Source: Mobula hypostoma
Taxonomy: Eukaryota
NCBI RefSeq assembly: GCF_963921235.1
Contig: NC_086105.1
Coordinates: 35,650,001-35,714,000 of the forward strand
DNA: 64,000 nucleotides
Direction of reading: 5' to 3'
Below the pieces are notes generated by a model, which worked only from the letters and a program-made list of their open reading frames with translations, was not told the origin of the DNA and searched no databases. The position numbers were made by a program, and so were the translations under genes. This document shows positions 12,096 to 25,339 of the stretch, piece by piece (position 1 is the stretch's first letter; every line of letters starts with the position of its first letter).

Positions 12096-13642
12096 CAGGT
12101 GTCCCCCGCTTTTCAAACGTTCGTTTTATGACATCACGCTGTTATGAAAAACCTACATTAGTTACCTGTGTTCACTAACAGAAGGTGTTTTCACTGTTAC
12201 GAAAAAAGGCAGCGCGCGCCCCGAGCAGCCAAGCTCCTCCCCCAGAACTGCATTCTAGCCGGCATTGCTTAAACATGTGCCTGTGAGCATCTGTGCTTTA
12301 CGTCGATTTATTTTGAGCAGCCATTAGCAAGATGAGTTTTAAGGTATCAGAAAAGCCGAAAAGAGCTCATAAGGGTGTTACACTTAGTGTAAAACTAGAC
12401 ATAATTAAGCCATTTCAATCGTGGTGAACGAAGTAACGACAAAGTGAGTTTGGTTTGTGGAAGTTGACGAAGATGATGTTGAAGAGGTTTTGGCATCCCA
12501 TGACCAAGAACTGATAGATGAAGAGCTGATGCAATTGAATGAGGAAAGGTTAACAATTGAAACCGAATGCAGTAGCGAACAGACTGAAAGTGAAGTCGTC
12601 CAGGAACTGAACATGAAGCAACTGCGTGAGATTTTCGCTGCAATGATTGCAGAAAAGTACGACTTTAATTTTGAAAGGGTACATAGGTTTAGGACGTATT
12701 TGCAGGATGGTTTGAGTGCTTACAAATAACTGTATGATAGAAAAACGTGAGGCTAAACAGTCAAGCATACTGTCGTCCACATCGGCCACAGAAGATGACA
12801 AACCTCGCCCTTCGACATCGAGGCAGGCAGATATAGAAGAAGATGACCTGCCTGCCCTGATGGAAACAGATGACGATGAGATGATACCTCAGCATCCCAT
12901 CACCCCAGTGGTCCCAAGCTCCAGGCTGCAGACCGATACATTGCCACGAAGAATGCAGTGGTGCAGCGGTGGCTGGGACGCACCCAACATATCTTCAAGA
13001 AAAAAAAGCAGAAATAAACAAGCTAATTAATTAGGTTGTTTATTTCGGCTTTTTTCTTAAAGATGTGTTGAGTGTGTCCTGGCTACCGCTGCACCACTGC
13101 ATGCTTCAGAGATCGGTATTGGTCGGCGGCCCGGAGGTTGGAGACCACTGCACCACCCCAACCTCCGACGACTCAGCCTAACACACCATCATCAGTGTGC
13201 TCCGCGCTGTCTTCCCGATTCCGGTAAGTGATACTACACTGTACATACATTATTTCTACTTTATATAGGCTGTGTATTTATGTGTTATTTGGTATGATTT
13301 GGCAGCTTCATAGCTTAAAGGTTACTGGAGAGAGTGTTCCTGCCGAGAGCGCTTGCGTGAGATTTTTGCTATGGTGGATAGTGCAGCAATGATTGTAGAA
13401 AAGTACTTCTACTTTATATAGGCTGTGTATTTATCATATTATTCCTGCTTTTACTACATGTTACTGTTATTTTAGGTTTTATGCGCTATTTGGCATGATT
13501 TGGTAGGTTATTTTTTGGGTCTGCGAACGCTCACAAATTTTTCCCATATAAATAAATGGTAATTGCTTCTTCACTTTACGACATTCCAGCTTACGAACCA
13601 TTTCGTAGGAACGCTCTACCTTCGGATGGTGGGGGAAAACTG
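12096..13642 (+). mobile_element. Internally deleted Tigger/pogo element (copy 1) with nested hAT-type MITE at 12906-13150
   Basis: TA|CAGGTGTCCCCCGC ... GGGGGAAAACTG|TA; remnants of the transposase N-terminus (KGVTLSVKLDIIK) and C-terminus (EVDEDDVEEVLASHDQELIDEELMQL). Confidence 0.85.
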
Positions 13643-14004
13643 TATAATCTTCTAATCCCTTCTCCCTCAGCCTTTCTTCAAATGTACCTATACTTGTTCA
13701 ATCCCACCATTTACTGGTAGTCAATTCTGTGTCCTTATCGCTCTTTCTAAATTCCCTGTTAGATTCCTTCAAACTCGAAATGAATTAAAGCATTTGAAGC
13801 CTGAAGTATTTTTGAAGTGTCTCCCCTGTTAAACTGAGAGTCAAATTGCAGACTGCAAGCCTTACAAGCGATACTGAAACAAATGACCAAGTAAAAATAT
13901 TTCATACCTAAAATAGATCATCTATTTTGAGTGTCGGTTGAGGATTAATGTTAGCCAGAACATTTGAAATTATTTGAGTAATGCCAAGAGCGTGAAAGGA
14001 AATA

Positions 14005-14885
14005 TATACTTTATACTTTATTGTCGCCAAACAATTGATACTAGAACGTACAATCATCACAGCAATATTTGATTCTGCGCTTCCCACTCCCTGGATTACA
14101 AATACTAAATATTAAAAGTAGTAAAAATTAGTAAATATTAAAAATGTAAATTATAAATCATAAATAGAAAATAGAAAAATGGAAAGTAAGGTAGTGCAAA
14201 AAAACCGAGAGGCAGGTCTGGATATTTGGAGGGTACGGCCCAATCCAGGTCAGGATCCGTTCAGCAGTCTTATCACAGTTGGAAAGAAGCTGTTCCCAAA
14301 TCTGGCCGTATGAGTCTTCAAGCTCCTGAGCCTTCTCCCGGAGGGAAGAGGGACGAAAAGTGTGTTGGCTGGTTGGATCGTGTCCTTGATTATCCTGGCA
14401 GCACTGCTCTGACAGTGTGCGGTGTAAAGTGAGTCTAAGGACGGGAGATTGGTTTGTGTGATGTGCTGCGCCGTGTTCATGATCTTCTGCAGCTTCTTTC
14501 GGTCTTGGACAGGACAACTTCCATACCAGGTTGTAATGCACCCTTGAAGAATGCTTTCTACGGTGCATCTATAAAAATTAGTGAGGGTTTTAGGGGACAG
14601 GCCAAATTTCTTTAGTTTTCTCAGGAAGTAAAGGCACTGCCTTCTTGGCAGTGAACTCTGCTTGGTTGGACCAAGTCAGGTCATTTATGATATTGACCCC
14701 GAGGAACTTAAAGGTTATGACCTGTTCCACTTGCACACCACCAATGTAAATTGGGTCGTGCGGTCCACTACTCCTTCTGAAGTCAACAACCAATTCCCTC
14801 GTCTTGCTGACGTTGTGGGATAGGTTATTGTTTTTGCACCATGCCACCAGGTTCTTAATTTCCTCTCTGTACTCAAACTCATATA
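14005..14885 (-). mobile_element. Rex1/Babar-like LINE 3' fragment
   Basis: WCKNNNLS.NVSKTRELVVDFRR, FKFLGV.I..DLTWS and LPSGRRLRSL....ARFGNSFFP motifs. Confidence 0.8.
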
Positions 14886-16833
14886 AACACAAGAAATTCT
14901 GTAGATGTTGGAAATCCAAAGTAACATACACAAATTGCTGGAGGAACTCAGCAGGTCAGGCAGCATTTATAGAAATGAATAAACAGTTGATGGTTCGGGT
15001 TGAAAATAAATATGTCATTTGGATTTCCCTTCTCAGTACTACACTGAGATTTCTGCCTGAACTATTTACTTCAGCCTGTAGGATAAAGTTGAACCTTGGC
15101 AGAGAGGTACTATACGTAAAGCCAGTGCTGAAAAATCAATGCAGAAATATATAGCTTTGTATGCAGTCCATTACACCCATAATAGATGTGCCAGCTATTT
15201 CAGCAAAACTCAGTGTTTCTTTGTTAAAACTATTTATCTCGGTTTCCCTTAAGTATACTATAAGAACTTCAATCCAACGTACTCCATGACCTAATAACTA
15301 TTGTGAAAAATCTGCATAATCTTTTACCCGATTCTGTTTCCGCATACAAAAACTAGGTTAAAATCTGAAGGAATCTTTGCCTACGCTTACTGGAAGCAAT
15401 CCTGAACTTTCTCATGATACTTTAACTGATTACATCAGATCACATGCCAGTTTAAAATGTTCCTACATTGAAGGGCTGTGAGCCTGTTTTTGCAACAACT
15501 GCTTTGCAAGAATATTTTATAATTAGGAGCAAACAAGAAACTCATCCAGTGAATTATAGTGATGGGGAGTAGTTGTTGGTCTGGGATACACTGCTTGCAG
15601 GACACATGAGGGAAGGGATGGAGGGAGTAGAGAGATAAATTTTGATTGCACATTAAGTACCAATACACATAAATTACACAAGTAATCAATGCTAGCACTT
15701 AAATTTCCTACATTTATCAACAACACACTAATTTTGTATCAGAAGCCATTTTTGATGAAACAACCACTGGCACAAAAGCTCCAAATCAAATGTGGGGCAT
15801 TTTGTTTATTCAAATGGGAACAGGAATTTATGGTTGGGAGAAGTTTTCTTCAGAACTTATATCGAAGGTATATTTCCATTACAGTCATCAATAGGCATTT
15901 CGTACACATGGCACATTTTTCCCCTTATTACAATATATATGAAATTCAATTTCTTTTTCTGGAATGGAACACAATCAAAGATTTTCAGGCATATGACTGG
16001 AAATTCAACTGGGCACTTCTGATCACACAATGCACTTGCAGATAGTTAGTTACTACATCAGATAAGCACCTCATGACATAATTTGTCATGAAATGCTTTA
16101 CAGCACTGGCTGAGCAAAACAGACCATACTGTTCTGAGGCACATGCCATTTGATCACCAGAGTTTTCTGATAGGACAACCGTTATCTTTGCAGCAGCACT
16201 TTTTACAGGAGGCCTCCCTGAGGAAAATCTGATTTGGGCACATTTCAACCAACTTACCTACTTAATTGCAGCCTTTGGACTTCTTCCATGAACTCATCTC
16301 AATGCTCATTCCATCAAACTTAATGACCCAGTCAAAAACCTTCCACATTCAACTCTTCAACTACAATTCATTACCACAGGTGCCAATGATCCTCTGGCCT
16401 CTATCCATAACTTTGATGGCTTAACTCAAGCCTTAATTCAGTGACTTCATCCTCAATTACTCAATATCTTACACCTGTGATTCAGACAAGGTCCCACTCC
16501 TAGATATCTCATCCATTTTCCCCTGCAAGTTCCATACTGGCAGTGTACTAATGCCTTAAGTAGAAATGCAAGATATCTTTAGCCCTAATTGTTAAAAATT
16601 ATTGATGCATTAACAATAAATTAATGCACTAATTAGTCTATCCATGTGTATTTTGGAGGAAATTATGAAGATGAGAATTTAGAAAAATTTAGAGATTTGG
16701 TACAGTTATTGACAAAATTATACTAATCCTAAAGTCAATATCATTTGTTTGTAATTAGTTTGCATTCATTTTCTGCATCTGAAATAATTAAGCCATAAGA
16801 TGTACCTATTATGTTCATATTTCATCTACTTAC

Positions 16834-16974
16834 TTCCAGAAGTTTATAGTTCCTTTGTTCCAGTTCCAGTTTGTCTTGATCAGCTTTCTGTTCCCATCGC
16901 AGCTTCTCTAGTTCATGAGCCACTGTAAACACCTGTTTTCTCACCAGTTCCTTCAGTTCTTTATACTCTTCCAT
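16834..16974 (-). CDS. SMC1B: SMC1B coding exon 7 (141 nt): MEEYKELKELVRKQ...NYKLLE
   Basis: SMC1 motif LEKLxWEQKADQD; AG/GT boundaries, phase 0/0. Confidence 0.93.
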
Positions 16975-17029
16975 CTGTAATACCAAATAAAATACTGTTA
17001 ATAGATAAATGACATAATTACAGCAACCA

Positions 17030-17555
17030 ACTTGCACTCAATGTCACTAAGACCGAAGAGCTGATTGTGGACTTCAGAAGTGGTATGATGAGGGAACACA
17101 CGCCAATCCTTATAGAGGGATCAGAAGTGGTGTGAGCAACTTCAAGTTCCTGGGTGTTAATATCTCTGAGAATCTAACCTGATCCCAACATATCGATGTA
17201 GCTATAAAGAAAGCAATACAGCAGTCCTATTTCATTAGGAGTTTATGGAGATTTGGTATGTCATCTAGAAGTCACAAATTTCTACAGATGTAATGTGGAG
17301 AGCATTCTAACTGGCTGCATCACCATCTGGTATGGGGAGGCTACTGCACAGGATCTATGTAAGCTGTAGAGAGTTGTAAAATTGATCAGCTCCATCATGA
17401 GCACTAACCTCTGTAGTATCCACGACATCTCTGAGGACCAGTGCCTCAAAAAGGTGGCATCGATCATAAAGGACCCCTACCACCCAGGACATGTCCTCTT
17501 CTCATTGTTACCATCAGGAAGAGTGTACAGAAGCCTGAAGGCACACATTAAACTC
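17030..17555 (+). mobile_element. Rex1-like LINE fragment
   Basis: KTEELIVDFR and SIIKDPYHPGH.LFSLLPSGR motifs. Confidence 0.75.
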
Positions 17556-17905
17556 TTCAAATCACAAATTAAAGGGAGGTTTGATTGGATCCCTCAGGAA
17601 AATTACAAAGGAAAATTCACAAACACGAGGAAGTCAGCAGATGCTGGAAATCCAAAGCAAGACACATAAAACGCTAGAAGAACTCAGCAGGTCAGGCAGC
17701 ATCTATGGAAAAGAATAAATGATCATCTTTTCAGGCCGAGACCACTCTTCAGGACTGGATAATTCATAAAATGGAATGGATAATTCATTCCACTTACATG
17801 CAAGCAGAAAGATGTAAATAAAGATTTCTAGAGTCTTGATTGATCCAAAACATGTAAATTAATTCTCACCTAGTCTGTGCACGTCAGTACACTCTGATCG
17901 GTATA

Positions 17906-19473
17906 CAGGTGTCCCCCGCTTTTTGAACATTCGCTTTACGAAACCTCACTGTTATGAAAGACCTACATTAGTACCCTGTTTTTGCTTTCAGAAGGTGTTT
18001 TCACTGTTATGAAAAAAATCAGCGCGCGATAAAAGGCAGCGCGCGCCCTGAGCAGCCGTTCTCCACCGGAGTCGGAACGGCATTGCTTTAACATGAGCCT
18101 GTGAGCAGCCATTTGCAAGATGAGTTCTGAGGTATTGGAAAAGCCTGAACGAGCTTGTAAGGGTGTTACACTTAGCATAAAACTAGACATAATTAAGCAT
18201 TTTGATCATGATGAACGAAGTAAGAAGAACGTGAGTTTGGCTTGTGGAAGCTGATGAAGATGATGTTGAAGAGGTTTTGGCATCCCATGACCAAGAACTG
18301 GTAGATGAAGAGCTGATGCAATTGGAAGAGGAAAGGATAACAATCGAAACCGAATGCAGTAGCGAAATGAACGTGAAGCAATTGCGTAAGATTTTCGCTG
18401 CAATGATAAAGTACAACTTTAATTTTGAAAGGGTACGTAGGTTTAGGGGATATTTGCAGGATGGTTTGAGGGCTTACAAAGAACTGTATGATAGAAAAAT
18501 GCGCGAGGCTCAGCAGTCAAGCAAGCCTTCCACATCAGCCACAGCAGACGACGAACCTCGACCTTCGACATCGAGGTCGGCAGTCATAGGAGAAGATGAG
18601 CCACCTGCTCGAATGGAAACAGACGACGATGAGATGACACCCCAGTGTCCCACCACCCCAACACCCAGGCCCCGGACAGATACCGACTCTTGGAGAATGC
18701 AGCAGTAGCCGGGACACACCCAGCACATCTTTAAGAAAAAAGCCGAAATAAACAAGCTAATTAATTAGGTGCTGCCCGTCATGTAAATGTTGGCCCAGAT
18801 CAGAGGTGATGCAATCGACAATCGGCACTGATCTGGGCCGACAATTACGTGTCGAGCAGCACCTAATTAATTAGCATATTTATTTCGGCTTTTTTCTTAA
18901 ACATGTGCTGTGTGCCTTCCGGCTACCGCTGCATGCTTCGCGGCAAAGTATCAGTCGGCGGCCTGGAGGGTGGGGGCCACTGCACCACCCAGCCTGCGAC
19001 GACTCAGTCTAACACACCATCACCAGTGTGCTCTGCGCTGTCTTCCCAATTTGTAAGTGATACTACACTGTACATACATTATTTCTATTTTATATAGGCT
19101 GTGTATTTTTACGTGTTATTTGGTATGATTTGGCAGCTTCATAGCTTAAAGGTTACAGCAGAGAGTGTTTTTGCCGAGAGCACTTGCGTGAGATTTTCGC
19201 TTCAGAGAACAGTGCCAGCAATGATTGTGGAAAAGTATTTCTACTTTATATAGGCTGTGTATTTATCATATCATTCCTGCTTTTACTATATGTTACTGTT
19301 ATTTTAAGTTTTATGTGTTATTTGGCATGATTTGGTAGGTTATTTTTGGGTTTGCGAACGCTCACAAAATTTTCCCATATAAATAAATGGTAATTGCTTC
19401 TTCGCTTTACGACATTTCGGCTTACGAACCGTTTCATAGGAACGCTCTACCTTCGGATGGCGAGGGAAACCTG
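17906..19473 (+). mobile_element. Internally deleted Tigger/pogo element (copy 2) with nested palindromic hAT-type MITE at about 18660-18982
   Basis: TA|CAGGTGTCCCCCGC ... GCGAGGGAAACCTG|TA; collinear with 12096-13642. Confidence 0.85.
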
Positions 19474-19629
19474 TATTGACAAAGGGCTAGAAAACAGGAA
19501 TTGGAAAATTTCACCCATCCATTGCAAATTAGGGGCCATCAAACCAAAGACCCCAATTATGAGATTTCTCATGCGCCAGAGATCTTAATTAGCAAAATTA
19601 TAAAATGCAAATCTCAGAACCATTCTTTT

Positions 19630-20230
19630 TCTCACAAACCACAAGATAAAGGAGCAGAATTGGGCTACCCAGACCATGAAATCTGCTCCGCTATTCAATC
19701 ACGGTTCTTTTATTATCCCCTTTCAACCCCATTCCCCAGCCTTCTCTTTGTAACATTTGGTACTTTTATAATCAAGAACCTATCAACTGCTGATTTAAAT
19801 ATACCCAATGATTTGGCCTCCATGGTGAATTCTGCAGATACACCACCCTCTGGCTAAAGAAATTCCTCCCCAGCTCTATTCTAAAGGGACATCCTTTTAT
19901 TCTGTGGCTGTGTTCTCTGGTCCTAGACTTTCCCACTACTTGAAACATCCTCTCCATATTCATTCTATTTGGGCCTTTCAATATTGGGCATGTTTCAATG
20001 AGATATGCGTGTTGCTTGAATTTCCAGCATCTGCAGAATTCCTGTTGTTTTTATTCACCTTTGTAGCTTTTCCAATACCAAAACATCCTTCCTCAGATAT
20101 GGGCCCAGAACTGCTCACAATTCTCCAAATGTGGCCTGACCAATATCTTATAAAGCCTCAGCATTATATCTTTGCCTTTGTGTTCGGGTTCTTTCCATAT
20201 TAATGTTACCATTGTATTTGTCTTTAATTA
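19630..20230 (-). mobile_element. Degenerate CR1 3' fragment
   Basis: ORF 19772..19981 (GKSRTREHSHRIKG.PF....RNFFSQRVV). Confidence 0.75.
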
Positions 20231-20685
20231 TCCACAAATGCCCTTTGGACACCTGGATTATGCTCTAGATGACAAGTAAAAGCCTTCAAATGCTAGAAAA
20301 CTGATGAAGGGTGACTGGCCTGAAATGCTAGCAGTTTCTCTCTGGAGATGCGGCCTGAATAACTGAATATTTCCAGCATTTTCTACCTTAATTATGGTCA
20401 GACTTCCAAAGGAACAGAAAAGGCTACTTTTCTCTGCATTTATGTGCAGCCAAACCCCAGGCCCTCTCCACCATCTCCATCTTAGCTCACAGTAGCAACC
20501 ACCAGATTTTTCAGTATACTAGAGCAGTACAACCTCACCTTGACCCTAAAAAAAATAAGACAGTTGAAGAGGCTATTAACAAATGAAATCTCAGAATGTA
20601 CGAGCTAATTTGCTTGAAGGAGGAAATTTAGGAGTCAGTGGTGTAAAGAGCATTAAATGTTATGAGAACAGGCAAGAAAACTTAC

Positions 20686-20944
20686 TTGGCTCTCTTCCAG
20701 TTCCATGCTGTGACCTCTGCTGCTGAGTTCTGCTTGTATCTTTTCCTCATATTCTGCCAACAGTTTATTCAGGTCTTCAAGTTCTGATTCCAGATCCTTC
20801 ACCTCTTGCTGGTGTTTGTTGTGTTGTTTTTCACTGTTTTTCATAGAATTTTTAGCCATCTCAACCTTCTTAATAAGGTGCCTTGTATTCTCCTTAGCTT
20901 TTATGTAGCTGGGCCGCCTCTCGTTCAGATTAGATTCATGAGCT
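20686..20944 (-). CDS. SMC1B: SMC1B coding exon 6 (259 nt): AHESNLNERRPSYIKAKENTRHLIKK...MELEESQ
   Basis: SMC1 motif RPxYIKAKENT; AG/GT boundaries, phase 2/0. Confidence 0.94.
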
Positions 20945-21679
20945 CTAGTGATGGGATATAAAATTGATACAGCCCTTCATTTAGTGACATATATCATAAT
21001 CCCTAAACAATGAGAAGACTTGCAAATGTATCAATCCTAGTCTGACACTGCTCTAAGGCACTCAGTAATACAAACTAATCTTTAACCAGACATACTGTAC
21101 ACAATTTCAACAACTGCCAATTTTCACCAACTAGCTCCATGCTGTAAAACAAAATGTTTCAACCCACCCACTCCCCATACATGAAGGGACTAGTCCATGT
21201 AGTTTATGTTCACTGACCAATACCCCTTCATCGCCATTCCTGGTGCACCCTGTTCTACTGGAAGTGGTTACAGTATGCTGCAGCGAGAGGACACACCTTT
21301 GAAAGTCCTGCATACTTACTTCACATCCATTAATTCTCAAACACAAGCACAGAAAACCTGTTAGTTGCAACAGTCCATGTACTCCCTGTATTGAAAATCA
21401 CATGAAATCTTTGTACTGAAATCTCTTTCTTATTATGATTAAGATGATTCTGGCAGTAATCTTTGAAAGCATCTTTAACCAGAAGATCAACTGCATGATT
21501 CGACTTCATCTAATCCCAAGGTTTACATCAATACAAATACCAGTTTTCATCCAAATCAACTTGACATGGAATCAAGGAGAGATTAAATGTAGAAGAGGTT
21601 TTAGGGCAAATCAACAACCTGGCTGTCAGAAAGATTTGTGCTCAGGAACCTACCAATCCTTAGTCAGGTGTTATAGCAC

Positions 21680-21995
21680 TTTTTGTTTTAGGCATCCGTT
21701 AGTCTCGTGAGACCATGGATTTGCGCCTTGGAGGGTTTCCAGGGCGCAGGCCTGGGCAAGGTTGTACAGAAGACCGGCAGTTGCCCATGCTGCAAGTCTT
21801 CCCTCTCCATGCCACAGATGTTGTCCAAGGGAAGGGCACTAGGGCCGATACAGCTTGGCACCAGTGTTGTCGCAGAGCAATGTGTGGTTAAGTGCCTTGC
21901 TCAAGGACACAACATGCTGCCTCAACTGAGGCTCGAACTAGCGACCTTCAAATCACTAGACCGATGCCTTAACCACTTGGCCACGTGCCAACACG
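21680..21995 (-). mobile_element. tRNA-derived SINE with CORE-like middle and RTE-like tail
   Basis: On the minus strand: A box TGGCCAAGTGG, B box GTTCGAGCC, GTGTCCTTGAGCAAGGCACTTAACC, A-rich end; imperfect TSD GTTATAGCAC / GTTACAGCAC. Confidence 0.7.
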
Positions 21996-22159
21996 GTTAC
22001 AGCACATTTACACCGTAAAGTAACATCTACCCAGTAAGTGAAGAAATGTCCAGGATTGTGTTTGTACAGAAAGCAAGACATTTTTCATCTAGTTAACTCT
22101 CATTAATGAAGATGGGGAAAATTTAATCAAACGACAATCCATCAATTCATGGTTCATAC

Positions 22160-23030
22160 AGACCATCCCATCTTTTTGCAGCTACCATCAGGCAGGAGGT
22201 ACAGAATCCTGAAGTCCCACACCATTCAGTTCAACTACAGCTACTTACAATACAAATACCTATGTCAGGATGCTGTTCATCGACTATAGCTCCGTATTTA
22301 ATACCATCATTCCCACAATCCTGATTGAGAAGTTGCAGAACCTGGACCACTGTACCTCCCTCTGCAACTGGATCCTCGACTTCCTAGCCAGAAGACCACA
22401 ACCTGTGTGGATTGGTGATAACATCTCCTCTTTGCTGACAATCAATGCTGGTGCACCTCAGGGGTGTGTGCTTAGGCCACAGCTCTACTCTCTCTATACC
22501 TGTGTGACTAGGTATAGCACAAATAGTGGGTGTCCTTAATGATGGATGCCATTTTCTTGAGGCACTGGCTTTTGAAGATGTCCTTAATGGAGGGGAGTGT
22601 TGTGTTTATGATGAAGCTGAGAGTTGTGGCTATGATGAAGCTGGCTGAATCTACCTCCTTCTGTAGCCTCTTTCAATCCTGAGCACTGAAGCCTCTACTA
22701 GGCAGAGTAGAGAAGTGGGCTAAACGTGCATTCCTAAAGTACACCTGTGTTGATTGTCAGCAAGAATCCCCTCTGTGGCTCAGAAGGAGATGGGGGGGGG
22801 GGAGTGGAGTGTAGTAGTGATAACATTCCCTAGTGACCATGGTCTCCCAATGAGGAAGCAAGGATCTAGTTGTTGAGGGAGGTATAGGGGCCCAGTTGTT
22901 GAAGCTTGTTAATCAGAACTGAGGGGATGATGGTGTTCAACACCAAGCTTTAATCAATAAACAGCAACCTCATATAGGCATTGCTGTTGTCCAGGTGTTC
23001 CAAATCTAAGTGGACAGCCAATGAGTCCTC
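22160..23030. mobile_element. Rex1-like RT fragments in both orientations
   Basis: [14 protein letters not shown]...GAPQGCVL on the plus strand (22270-22539), followed by minus-strand pieces of similar sequence. Confidence 0.65.
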
Positions 23031-23824
23031 CTGAGTCCCCAAAGCCATTAATGCCATTTATAAGGTATGTCAGGATGGAGTATCATGAAATAATCAGCAC
23101 ATATGGGTTCCTACAGTTCCAACAACTCTCAGGCAGCTTCACAATCAGGAATATTTGAATTGTACTTCACCCACCATCATAAATAATATTTGCCCCCTCT
23201 GACAATGCACCAAGGCTGCAGTAAACTTACAAGTGCTCGACATCTGTGCAAACACTGCCACTTGCAGGTTCCCCTCAAGTTAAGGACCAACATGATTTCA
23301 TCATCAATGATCAAACTTCAAGAGCTCTGTCTTGAAGAGCACTGTGCATGTACCATGCAAGAATTTAATTTGGTGGTTCACCACTATTTCAATGGCAATA
23401 AGGATGGGTAGTACTAAGAGCTGGCATTGTTGACAATGTCCAAATGAATAAAGATATTTAATGTAAGGATCCATATTAGAGGTGATTTCAAATGAGCAAC
23501 ACACACAATGTTTCAGGCCAAGACCCGTTACCAGTTCTCATGAAGGTTCTCGGCCCGAAACGCCAACTGCTTATTCACTTCCATAGACGTTGCCTGGTCT
23601 GCTGAGTTCCTCCAGCATTTTGTGTGTAATGGTTTGGATTTCCAGCATCTGCAGAATCTCTTGTGTTGATGATTCCAAATTAAACTGTTTAAATAAATCT
23701 TTGGAGGAATGACAGCAAATCCTATAATATTGGGATGATCTGGTTTACGAACATGTAATGACCAATTTGGAAATAAAAACAAAAGATCTAAATTAGGTAT
23801 CCTCAACACAATGTGCCTAATACA

Positions 23825-24635
23825 TAAGACCATAAGCTGTTCGGCTCATCAAGTCTGCTCTGCCATTCAATCATGGGCTGATCCAATTCTTCCAGTCATT
23901 CCCACTCCCCTGCCCTCACCCCATACCCTTTGATGCCCTGGCTAATAAAGAACCTATCTATCTCTGCCTTAAATACACCCAATGACTTGGTCTCCACAGC
24001 CGCTTGTGGCAACAAGTTCCACAGATTTACCACTCTCTGACTAAAGTATTTTCTCCACATCCCAGTTCTAAAGGACGTCCTTCAATCCTAAAGTCGTGAC
24101 CTCTTGTCCTAAAATCCTCTACCATGGGAAATAACTTTGCCATATCCAATCTGTTCAGGCCTTTTAAGATTCAGAATGTTTCTATAAGATTCCCCCTCAT
24201 TCTCCTGAACTCCGGGGAATACAGCCCAAGACCTGCCAGACATTGCTCATACAGTAACACTTCCATTTCTGGAATTATTCTTGTGAATCTTCTCTGAACC
24301 CTCCCCAATGTCAGTATAGCCTTTCTAAAATAAGGAGCCCAACACTGCACACAATTCTCCAAGAGTGGTCTCACGAGTGCCTTACAGAGCCTCAACGTCA
24401 CATCTCTGCTCTTATATTCTATACCTCTAGAAATGAATGCCAACACTGCATTCACCTTCTTCACAACCAACTCAACCTGGAGGTAAATCTTTAGGGTATC
24501 TTGCACAAGGACTCCCAAGCCCTTTTGCATCTCTGCATTTTGAATTTTCTCCCCATCTAATTAATAGTCTGCCCGTTTATTTCTTCCACCAAAGTGCATG
24601 ACCATATGATTTCCAACACTGTATTTCGTTTGCAC
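23825..24635 (-). mobile_element. CR1 LINE 3' fragment
   Basis: ORF 24171..24530 (LAFISRGIEYKSRDV...LVRP.LE.CVQ.W.P). Confidence 0.85.
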
Positions 24636-24837
24636 TATTTTTTCCTTCACTGCACATTACTGAGGGAAAATTTGTGAATTACTTTCCCAAAATGGAAGTT
24701 ACTTTTTTTATTTTAGAATTTAAATATAATAAGTATATATACTATTTAAGGATTGTCATCTAATGTGATTTCTAAGCAGGTATGATTGGCAGTCTAATGT
24801 CCAAATGTCTACTTTAACTGATTAAGTAACAACTCAC

Positions 24838-25076
24838 TTTATCTCCTCCTCCACTTTTTGCAGCTCTCGGTTCAGTTTACCCAACTCTTTCTTCACAGTT
24901 CTCACTTCTTCCTCTGTTGTGGCCTTCTTTAATTTCTGACTATTTATAACTTCACTTTTTGCTTGCAGATCATTGCATAACTTTTCTATAAGCTTCTCAT
25001 TATAATACAAAAGGAAGAGTTGCAATTGAATCTTGCTTTCTTTCAGTTCTTCAACTAACACTTGGTAACGATCTGC
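24838..25076 (-). CDS. SMC1B: SMC1B coding exon 5 (239 nt): ADRYQVLVEELKESKIQLQLFLLYYNE...EEEIK
   Basis: SMC1 motif QLQLFxLYxNE followed by coiled coil; AG/GT boundaries, phase 0/2. Confidence 0.94.
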
Positions 25077-25339
25077 CTAAGTGTTTAATCACCAGAAAAA
25101 TAAAATAGCATAATTATTTGTCATCAACATGTCAAAAATACATTGCAATTACACAAACAAGCACATTAAACCAAAAAATTGTTATGCAATAGGCTATGCA
25201 TTAACCTAGATAGTAATCAACAATACCAAGGGGTAGAATGACCAATCAGAAACTGTCAGTCAACAACCCAATAATACCAGGAGGTCAAACTTACTTTTGA
25301 CAGGTAGAATTCACTAACATGCAAAGCAGACCATAATGT

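Noticed and set aside
18244-18708. 154-aa acidic ORF as a host gene or exon
   Set aside because: It is the C-terminal remnant of a Tigger transposase inside TIRs; the sister copy at 12457-13030 is interrupted.
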